From: Bacillota bacterium
Lineage (GTDB): Bacteria > Bacillota > UBA994 > UBA5500
DNA: 64,000 nucleotides
Assembly (NCBI GenBank): GCA_023436245.1
Contig: JAEZJZ010000030.1
Coordinates: forward strand, 91 to 64,090
Direction of reading: 5' to 3'
In this document: positions 57,209 to 64,000 of the stretch, one piece after another
How positions within the stretch are numbered: position 1 is the stretch's first letter
How the letters are laid out: every line of letters begins with the position of its first letter
Notes under the pieces: model-generated
Databases searched by the model: none
The model's input: the letters and a program-made list of their open reading frames with translations, nothing else
Told to the model about the DNA's origin: nothing
Program-made: the position numbers and the translations under genes

Positions 57209-58360
57209 ATGAACTATCGAGTGCTGGGCAGGACGGGACTCAGGGTCAGTGAGATCAGCATGGGCAGCGAAGGCTTTGAGGGAGCGGGCCTTGATGCGGT
57301 GAAGGAAATGGTGGATACAGCCATTGCCGGCGGCATCAACTACTTCGACTGCTACAACTCCAACCCGGTAATGCGCGACAATCTGGGCAAGGCGTTGCTC
57401 GGTCGGAGGGACCAGGTAATCATCCAGGGACATATTTGCTCCGCCTTCAAAGACGGGCAATACTATCGCACGCGCGAGATGGACGTGGTGAGAGGAGCGT
57501 TCATGGATCTGCTGACCCGCCTCCAGACCGACTATATCGATGTAGGCATGATTCACTATGTGGACACCGAAGAAGACTACGATGCGGTGATGAGCGGGCC
57601 GATCATCGCCTACGCTCAGGAACTGAAGGCCAAGGGTGCAATTCGACACATAGGCATGAGTTCGCATAACCCCACCGTGGCGCTGCGCGCGGCCGAATCG
57701 GGCCTGATTGACGTGCTCATGTTCAGCCTTAACCCGGCCTACGATCTGCTCCCGGCTAATGATGACGTCTATGCTTTGTTTGAGGAGAAGACATACGAAA
57801 GCGATGCTCTAGGCGGTATCGACCCGGAGCGAAATCATCTCTACCGCACCTGCGAAACACTGGGCGTGGCGATCACCGTGATGAAAAGCTTTGCAGCGGG
57901 CGCCCTACTGTCAGAAGCAAAATCGCCATTCGCCACGGCGCTGACAACCACACAATGCCTGCACTATGCCTTGAATCGCCCAGGGGTGGCGACGGTGCTG
58001 GTGGGGGCGCGGGATTGCACCGAGATCGAGGCTGCGGTCGCGTATGCCGAGGCCAGCCCTGCGGAAAAAGACTATTCCCTTGCCTTGAGCCAGGCACCGA
58101 AGCATTCCTTCAGCGGCATGTGCATGTACTGCGGACACTGCGCGCCTTGCACCGCCGGCATCGACATCGCGCTGGTCAACAAGTATCTCGATCTGGCGCA
58201 GGCGCAGCCAGAACTGCCCGAAACAGTGCGCGAGCACTATCGGGTGCTGCCGGCCAAAGCCGCCGACTGTGTGGCTTGCGGCATCTGCGAAACGAACTGC
58301 CCCTTCGGCGTGCGCATCGTGGAACGCATGCTGGAAGCTAGAAAAGTGTTCGGAGAGTGA
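57209..58360 (+). CDS. aldo/keto reductase fused to a C-terminal 2x[4Fe-4S] ferredoxin-like domain
   Basis: MNYRVLGRTGLRVSEISMG AKR N-terminus; C-terminal CMYCGHCAPC...CVACGICETNCP. Confidence 0.8.
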   Translation: MNYRVLGRTGLRVSEISMGSEGFEGAGLDAVKEMVDTAIAGGINYFDCYNSNPVMRDNLGKALLGRRDQVIIQGHICSAFKDGQYYRTREMDVVRGAFMDLLTRLQTDYIDVGMIHYVDTEEDYDAVMSGPIIAYAQELKAKGAIRHIGMSSHNPTVALRAAESGLIDVLMFSLNPAYDLLPANDDVYALFEEKTYESDALGGIDPERNHLYRTCETLGVAITVMKSFAAGALLSEAKSPFATALTTTQCLHYALNRPGVATVLVGARDCTEIEAAVAYAEASPAEKDYSLALSQAPKHSFSGMCMYCGHCAPCTAGIDIALVNKYLDLAQAQPELPETVREHYRVLPAKAADCVACGICETNCPFGVRIVERMLEARKVFGE

Positions 58361-58425
58361 AGCCAATCCTGCCCCTGAGACGTCTATCCGGTATAGGGGT
58401 CGAGGAAATGAAACAGGGTAGCAGG
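58021..58425. repeat. left copy of a ~405-bp direct duplication (3' end of AKR gene, intergenic region, first 6 codons of the downstream gene)
   Basis: About 95% identical to 61264-61666; here the downstream gene start is truncated (MKQGSRDA*). Confidence 0.85.
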
Positions 58426-58706
58426 GATGCCTGACCATGGCCAGGCGTCTTCAATTCCAGCAAAAAATCCCATGCGCTTGCGAACTCTCTGGCCCCCTCG
58501 CGTAGTTACCGGTTCTTGGGCTATTCAAAACCCTCTAGAGCGCTTTTCTGTCGCTCCCCTACGCCGCTTCCCCTATCCCATCGCACCGCGCTCTCCGGGC
58601 CGCGTAGGAATCCGCTATGGCCTTCTCATTTCCACGGCGGCAGTTCCCCATGCGCAAGAAATGGCGACCACATCGCCCTGATCGCCTTAACGAGCCCTCT
58701 GAGGCG

Positions 58707-59513
58707 CTACCGCCTTTCAGGAGGTGCCTCAGCCAGGTTGCTACCATCTAGACCCATTTTGAACAGCCTACCAGCGGGCCCAACCCGAAAGTATACTTCA
58801 TCGTTATGAATGTGAAGGTCGTAAGCAACCCCATCGTATAGCTCCGTCATTTCGGATCCATCTGGCGCCATACGGAAGATATGCCCACCCTTGCCGGGGA
58901 GAATGAGAAACACCTTGCCTTGACCTAGCTCATACTCAGAAACGATGCCCGGATGAATGATGTCCACTGGCTGGGTCGTTTTGGCCTGAACTCTCTGGAG
59001 TGCGTAATCCAAAGAGACATTGACGAAATAGACCCAGAGTCCGTCTGTCTTCACTCTAATGCAGGATGCGGAAGAGACCAGTTTGGCTTCCGGCTTTCCT
59101 AACTCAAGTGCATACAGAAGGTGATCATTGCTGCTCACGTAATACAAATAGTTGTCGATCGCAACCAGACTCTCTGGATGCTCTGATGTAACGGTTTCCG
59201 CCGTACCGATGCGATCAGATAGACCGACCCGAACGGTGCTTTGCATGAAGCAATCGTAGTAGTACACCATTCCCAGGGAGACGTGAAGTATACGTGCGTT
59301 ACCGTTTGTAAGGATCCTCTTCTCCTTCGTATGAGCGTTTATTGCCGTTAGGACACCTCGATTACCTTTATCTGCGTACACTTTCCAGTCTCCTACACGG
59401 AAACTTGCGAAATCCACTTCTTGCTCCTTGGATCGTAGCCTGGGTTCAAGAAGCAAAAATGCCAGCACTGCTGCCAATGTCAAAAGCAAGATGAGCTTGG
59501 TGCTTCTCCGCAC
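58707..59513 (-). CDS. secreted/membrane-anchored beta-propeller-like protein (DUF5050-like)
   Basis: N-terminal TM/signal, YYV/YYY-rich repeats; within the inserted segment. Confidence 0.4.
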   Translation of the reverse strand: MRRSTKLILLLTLAAVLAFLLLEPRLRSKEQEVDFASFRVGDWKVYADKGNRGVLTAINAHTKEKRILTNGNARILHVSLGMVYYYDCFMQSTVRVGLSDRIGTAETVTSEHPESLVAIDNYLYYVSSNDHLLYALELGKPEAKLVSSASCIRVKTDGLWVYFVNVSLDYALQRVQAKTTQPVDIIHPGIVSEYELGQGKVFLILPGKGGHIFRMAPDGSEMTELYDGVAYDLHIHNDEVYFRVGPAGRLFKMGLDGSNLAEAPPERR

Positions 59514-59519
59514 GAGAGC

Positions 59520-60452
59520 TCATTTGGGGATGGTGAGGGCGTTGCTTCCCCGTAGCCAATTGTGGTGAACGGTGTTGTACGTCACAGACAGACCAAAGCC
59601 AACAAACTGAGCAGATGAGATGGACGCCGATGCGGATGGTGTAACGGTCTTCCAGTTGTGCTCAAAGTTGGTCTTTACGCGATTTGTGGCCGTACTTCCT
59701 TTGTTGATCCAGCCTGCAATGCGAACCATATCGGTCTTGTACCTGTACATCAAGGGGTTCCACTCATCATGAAGATTGTAGATCTTACCTTGCCAAAAAT
59801 CGTCCCGCAGAGTAACAGCGTCTCCTCGAGTGTTCCCTGCGGTACCGTCTGTAAAGCCAGTTTCGTTTCCGTTCTGATCCCATGTCTGGCACTCCATTGA
59901 TCTCCATCGCCAGCCATTATCTGATTCAAGCTGTGCTGATACTAGGTCGTATGTATCCCAAAAAACGTCATAGTTATACTGTGGTGTCCAGTCCCAGTAC
60001 GCGTAATAGTAGATTGAACCATCTACATCCATTACCGCGTCGGGATATACAGTAAGCTCACTAGACATGGACATGGGCGAGACAACGGAGGATGTGGATT
60101 CCTCACCGAATACGAATGATTCGCCATCGTACTTCCCGCATTCAACAAGTCCTTCGGACTTCAGGTAGGCCTTGATCTCGGCCAAGCATTCCTTGAGCGT
60201 TCTCTGCGCATTGAGCTCAGCTGCTTGTTCGTCGAGGGTGACATTGTTCATTTCGGCGGCAAGCCGCATTTCACCAATTCTTTGCAGATGTCTGTCACTG
60301 ATATCAGCAACGTTTGCGTTGATCCTTACCTGCCGGTCGGTTAGGGGTTGCTGAACAACCTGTGTGTTTTGCCCTTGTAGCGCCACCACAGGGTTTGACC
60401 CCAATGATACTGCGATAATTAGGGCCATCGTTAATGCCAATACCTTTTTCAC
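59520..60452 (-). CDS. secreted hypothetical protein, Trp/Tyr-rich
   Basis: Signal peptide MKKVLALTMALIIAVSLG; no recognisable family. Confidence 0.4.
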   Translation of the reverse strand: MKKVLALTMALIIAVSLGSNPVVALQGQNTQVVQQPLTDRQVRINANVADISDRHLQRIGEMRLAAEMNNVTLDEQAAELNAQRTLKECLAEIKAYLKSEGLVECGKYDGESFVFGEESTSSVVSPMSMSSELTVYPDAVMDVDGSIYYYAYWDWTPQYNYDVFWDTYDLVSAQLESDNGWRWRSMECQTWDQNGNETGFTDGTAGNTRGDAVTLRDDFWQGKIYNLHDEWNPLMYRYKTDMVRIAGWINKGSTATNRVKTNFEHNWKTVTPSASASISSAQFVGFGLSVTYNTVHHNWLRGSNALTIPK

Positions 60453-60593
60453 CTGTATTCCCTCCGTATTCTTACCATCAGACGTTACGGCCGCATTATG
60501 TCCCAGCGCTCAAGTCACAGTAGCATCCCATTCCTCCTCGCGTTCTGGAATTCGATCGACAATAGTTCTCCTCAGCACGGGCTCATATATACA

Positions 60594-60646
60594 GACACCT
60601 ATAAGACGATTCTGCAACGCCTTTTCTTGCAGCTTATGGATATGTC
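60594..60646. repeat. 53-bp direct repeat, copy 1 (ACACCTATAAGACGATTCTGCAACGCCTTTTCTTGC-n7-GGATATGTCT)
   Basis: Second copy at 63091-63143; the weaker similarity continues for about 40 nt. Confidence 0.8.
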
Positions 60647-60722
60647 TTTTGAAACCGAAGCTTTAATCTCAAGAAGGGGCGCCTCTCACAAAGAGAGACG
60701 CCCACTTAGCTCTCCCAGTTCC

Positions 60723-61251
60723 TTACAGCCTTATATTCGCCGCCGCGTTATCCCGGAACAGCGTTCCTTCCCGAATGTATCTTCTGACCATGGCCACCGA
60801 TCGGAGTCCAGTCTGCGTCATGATCGAATGCTCTGACTTGCCCGCAGCCGCAGCACTGGTAGCCAGGCCGCTCCGGAGCGAGTGACCGGAATAGTTGGCC
60901 GAGTCGAGCCCTGCAGCCTCGGCAGCTCGCTTGACGATCCTAGCCACGGAACGATCGGTGAGCCGACCTGGTAGCAGCTAGCCATGGCGGTCCACTGGCC
61001 GGAAGATGGATCCCTCGGTAATGCCGGATACCTGCAGCCAGGCCTTGTAGCTTCGGACCGGGCAAGTCCCCCCTGTCCACCGTATGGAGCTCGCCCTCGC
61101 CCTCCTGGTCAGTCTTGCTCCTTTTTGCCAAGACCTGCAGCCCTTCTTCTACCTCGGCCACGTCCTCGATGTTCAAGCCGACGAGCTCCGATCGGCGAAA
61201 CGCCCCAGCAAAGCCAAGAAGCAGCAGCGTATGATCACGCATGCCGAGCAA
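60723..61251 (-). pseudogene. tyrosine recombinase/phage integrase, C-terminal catalytic region only, at least 2 frameshifts
   Basis: 60723-60947: GHSLRSGLATSAAAAG...VAMVRRYIREG (HxxR and catalytic Tyr); 60940-61251: RDHTLLLLGFAGAFRRSELVGLNIEDV...RSKTDQEGEGE (box I Arg) then out of frame; N-terminal domains absent. Confidence 0.6.
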
Positions 61252-61261
61252 GTTATCCGGC

Positions 61262-61601
61262 AGAGATCGAGGCTGCCGTCACGTATGCCAAGGCCAGCCC
61301 TGCGGAAATGGACTGTTCCCTTGCCTTGAGCCAGGCACCGAAGCATTCCTTCAGCGGCATGTGCATGTACTGCGGACACTGCGCGCCTTGCACCGCCAGC
61401 ATCGACATCGCGCTGGTCAACAAGTATCTGGATTTGGCGCAGGCGCAGCCAGAACTGCCCGAGACGGTGCGCGAGCACTATCGGGTGCTGCCGGCCAAAG
61501 CCGCCGACTGTGTGGCCTGCGGTATCTGCGAAACGAACTGCCCCTTCGGCGTGCGCATCGTGGAACGCATGCAGGAAGCTAAAAAAGTATTCGGCCAGTG
61601 A
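61262..61601 (+). pseudogene. orphan 3' fragment of an AKR-ferredoxin gene (right copy of the duplication)
   Basis: ...EIEAAVTYAKASPAEMDCSLALSQAPKHSFSGMCMYCGHCAPC... is identical in register to the AKR C-terminus, with no 5' part. Confidence 0.7.
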
Positions 61602-61666
61602 AGCCAATCCTACCCCCGGGACGTCTACCTGATGTAGGGGGTGAGGAAATGAGACAGGGTAGCAGG
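61264..61666. repeat. right copy of the ~405-bp direct duplication
   Basis: See 58021-58425. Confidence 0.85.
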
Positions 61667-62287
61667 AGAATAATCTGGTTGGTCATCCTAGCTTTGCTGG
61701 TTGTACTCGCGCTCTGCGTCCAAGACGGCAGGATTCCGGGCTTTCGCAAGGTTAAGCTGAACGAGCCCGCGTGGTTGTCTGAGGCGATGGATGCAGAGGA
61801 GATCTACGAGCATCTCAAGCAGTCATCGGCCGAGATTCCGAGGAAATACTCGGCGGAGGATGGTGTGGCTGACGGACATGTCGTGGTCCTCTGGGGCAAA
61901 ATGCAGTCGGACCCCCGGCTGGCAGACGCCTTCCTCGCTGCGTGCCAAAAGGGCCACAGAGCTGAGATGAAGTTCGTGAGATTCGGGTACGAAGGTGACG
62001 TTTACATCACCAGTCTCGTCTTTGATGGCGAAACCTATTTCGGGGTCAGGGACAGATCAAGGGATTTCTACGCTGGCTTCAGCCTGGATCAGGATTACTA
62101 TCAGGAGTTCGCTTTCCCCTACCTGCATGTCTTTGAGACCGACAATGGACGATCGGTGTACCTATCTGATGATCCCGAGTTGACCCTGGAACGACTAGAG
62201 GCAAAGATAAACGGTCAAGGTTCGGACGACCCCGTGAAGTATCAACGGCTATATGGCACCTACAAACAGCTGAAGATCGTGAGGTAA
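61649..62287 (+). CDS. hypothetical membrane-anchored protein
   Basis: MRQGSRRIIWLVILALLVVLALC N-terminal TM; its first 6 codons are duplicated at 58389. Confidence 0.5.
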   Translation: MRQGSRRIIWLVILALLVVLALCVQDGRIPGFRKVKLNEPAWLSEAMDAEEIYEHLKQSSAEIPRKYSAEDGVADGHVVVLWGKMQSDPRLADAFLAACQKGHRAEMKFVRFGYEGDVYITSLVFDGETYFGVRDRSRDFYAGFSLDQDYYQEFAFPYLHVFETDNGRSVYLSDDPELTLERLEAKINGQGSDDPVKYQRLYGTYKQLKIVR

Positions 62288-62326
62288 CCAGCAAACAGGG
62301 CTGTCGCAGAAGCCTGTCGGCAAGCG

Positions 62327-62480
62327 GGCGCCATGCATGGCGCCCCTACGATAGCTCAGGCATTTCCCGCTCGCCCGTAAGGGTCGCATGCATGCGACCC
62401 GCGTTTGCGCCACATCGCAACCTATGGACAGCATTTGCGCACTCAAAGGCAAGAGAGACGTCAGCTGTCGTCTCTCTTGC
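62327..62480. repeat. cluster of three palindromic (REP-like) elements
   Basis: GGGCGCCATGCATGGCGCCC (62327-62346, followed by CTAC), GGGTCGCATGCATGCGACCC (62381-62400), GGCAAGAGAGACG-tcagctg-CGTCTCTCTTGCC (62446-62478). Confidence 0.8.
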
Positions 62481-62674
62481 CCTGTTCGTGGGGTCCTATT
62501 GCAGAAGCCCGTCTCATTTGCACTAGTATGAGACGTAATGGCTACGCCCGTTCCACCAGCAGAGCGGTGCCTATGCCGCCGCCGACGCACAAACTCACTG
62601 TTCCAAGTTTGTTGCTGTCTGAAGCGTTAGCAAAGCAAGCCCAAACTGAAGGTTACCGATTACCAGAAGCGTTA

Positions 62675-63061
62675 CTAGAAGAGATTAGTGCTCTCTTCGT
62701 GTTCGGACTCTCCGTTCGTTTGCCTGTTCAGAGATCTCCGTTTCGTCTGCAATGCTGCAATAATCATCCCAAAACCAATCACAATCCAGATCAGATACTT
62801 TGCGATCATGTAGGGTCCTCCACCCATACTGTCAAAAGGCGCTGGACCCTGGATAATCCACAAGCGATACTCGCCAATTGACAGATAATGGGACAGGATC
62901 GCGGGCCAAGAGAGAACCACCAGTCCGATTCCAAAGAGCAGCAAGGCTAGAAAGTCACTTTTCCAGGTCGGCAGAAATCTCCTAAACCAGCTCAAGATAA
63001 TCATCAGCCCTACCAAGACGACAACAATCACCCCACTACCTCCTCGCACTTCAACACTCAA
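62675..63061 (-). CDS. small membrane protein, hypothetical
   Basis: 128 aa, 3-4 TM helices, lower GC. Confidence 0.4.
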   Translation of the reverse strand: MSVEVRGGSGVIVVVLVGLMIILSWFRRFLPTWKSDFLALLLFGIGLVVLSWPAILSHYLSIGEYRLWIIQGPAPFDSMGGGPYMIAKYLIWIVIGFGMIIAALQTKRRSLNRQTNGESEHEESTNLF

Positions 63062-63090
63062 ATGTAGTCCCGTTCCGAACTACTACCTCG

Positions 63091-63143
63091 ACACCTATAA
63101 GACGATTCTGCAACGCCTTTTCTTGCGGCCAGTGGATATGTCT
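63091..63143. repeat. 53-bp direct repeat, copy 2
   Basis: See 60594-60646. Confidence 0.8.
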
Positions 63144-63183
63144 GCAACTGAAGTGCAATCTCAAGTGTTAAGCGGCTCGCTGA

Positions 63184-63900
63184 GTGAGCCACTTTTTGAT
63201 GCTCTTTGCCGAGATATTTGGTCTGTCCAAACGTACATTTGGGCAAGCTAGAGCAGCAAAGATGACCGCGCTAATTGACGGGAGGGAAAAAGAAAGAAGG
63301 CGCCATGGGATCGCACCCGCGCCTTCGTTCCTCAACATGATCATTCCACACCACTATGGAATAACCATCCATGAATATTGTCGCCGCGGGAAAGAGAATT
63401 TATACCCCGAAATCGTTGGGTGTAGATCCTGCGTTTATGGTGGTCGGTTGCGCCGCCATGGTCACTACGAACGGAACGCACTCTCTCTCGGTGCTTCCTA
63501 TCGCTTATTCATCCCCCGGTACCTCTGCCCAGTCTGCGGTCGCACCTGTTCTATTCTCCCTTCTTTCTTGTTGCCCAGGTTTCAGTACGTCTTGGCAGTC
63601 ATCCACCTGCTGCTCCGCTGCTATACCTTGACGGAGTGCAGTATGGAAAGCCTAGCTCAGTTCTTGCGCGGGTGCGGCCAAGCCGCCTTCAGCTACCAAC
63701 TGCTCAGCTTCTATCGCAAACGGCTGCTTCTGAATCGAGGCAGCATCACCGCAACTTTGGCCGAGCTACGAGTTGAGTTGCCAAGTGGCGGCGAGGACTG
63801 GGTCAGGGCGTGGGCCTCAGCGATTGCCACACATGAGCAGATCAGTTCCTTTCATCTAAACCACCACCGAATCTGGAGACGGTCCTTCCTGTCATCCTGA
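63184..63900 (+). CDS. hypothetical protein with two CxxC pairs (zinc-ribbon), possibly transposon-associated (DUF6431-like)
   Basis: CRSCVYGGRLRRHGHYERN...CPVCGRTC pattern. Confidence 0.3.
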   Translation: MSHFLMLFAEIFGLSKRTFGQARAAKMTALIDGREKERRRHGIAPAPSFLNMIIPHHYGITIHEYCRRGKENLYPEIVGCRSCVYGGRLRRHGHYERNALSLGASYRLFIPRYLCPVCGRTCSILPSFLLPRFQYVLAVIHLLLRCYTLTECSMESLAQFLRGCGQAAFSYQLLSFYRKRLLLNRGSITATLAELRVELPSGGEDWVRAWASAIATHEQISSFHLNHHRIWRRSFLSS

Positions 63901-64000
63901 ATCACCATGCCCTGCCCCAAGGCACCAGTCTGCCCGTCGCGCTGTTTTTGGCCATCTGAACCTGTATTGACCGTGCTGTTTGACCAACTATCTCTGGCCG

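Larger units (their letters stand above)
58426..61263. mobile_element. ~2.8-kb insertion, lower GC, carrying a decayed tyrosine integrase; probable remnant of an integrative element inserted at the 3' end of the AKR gene
   Basis: Bounded by the 405-bp direct repeats; integrase fragment abuts the right repeat; cargo genes are AT-richer than their surroundings. Confidence 0.55.

Noticed and set aside
57130-57667. Upstream part of minus-strand ORF 56600-57667
   Set aside because: It is antisense to the well-supported AKR gene. Only the portion downstream of about 57130 shows MCP (Cache/TM/HAMP) homology.
1-64000. rRNA, tRNA or tmRNA genes
   Set aside because: No T-loop (GTTCRANYC) with acceptor-stem context, no 16S/23S/5S signatures and no long non-coding gaps were found.

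Overview
64 kb, high-GC (~60%) chromosomal segment that looks like it comes from an endospore-forming Bacillota (clues: three tandem YheC/YheD ATP-grasp genes, FtsH, short EF-Ts, Firmicute-type Shine-Dalgarno sites, a T-box leader). It is mostly accessory metabolism and stress genes: M42/M24 peptidases, serine hydrolases, several GNAT/Vat acetyltransferases, nitroreductase, FAH-family hydrolase, amidohydrolase, a Nik/Opp-like ABC importer ending in an aldehyde-ferredoxin-oxidoreductase-like gene, a 2-hydroxyacyl-CoA-dehydratase-like protein with its activase, an OmpR/HK two-component system, and HAD hydrolases. The most notable items follow. (1) A peroxiredoxin whose peroxidatic Cys codon is an in-frame TGA followed by a SECIS-like hairpin, making it a candidate selenocysteine Prx; it sits divergent from a rubrerythrin-ZupT operon across an AT-rich Fur/PerR-like box. 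(2) A consensus sigma-A promoter, a roughly 270-nt leader with a near-consensus T-box sequence, and an intrinsic terminator, all upstream of a tryptophanase/tyrosine-phenol-lyase-family gene. (3) Three translationally coupled YheC/YheD ATP-grasp paralogs followed by a protein with an extreme poly-acidic C-terminal tail, a possible ligase/substrate module. (4) A roughly 2.8 kb lower-GC insertion bounded by ~405-bp direct duplications of the 3' end of an aldo/keto-reductase gene and carrying a decayed tyrosine integrase, consistent with a degraded integrative element. (5) Several repeat families: a 3x66-bp hairpin-containing tandem array overlapping the RBS of the FAH gene, REP-like 'GGGCGCCAT..ATGGCGCCCCTAC' palindromes, and 53-bp direct repeats. 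(6) A second EF-Ts gene preceded by a structured leader and terminator. Pseudogene remnants include a [FeFe]-hydrogenase H-cluster fragment, a frameshifted GNAT, an MCP and a truncated alpha/beta hydrolase. No rRNA, tRNA or CRISPR was recognised. All calls are from reading the sequence and the ORF track; no database searches were run.
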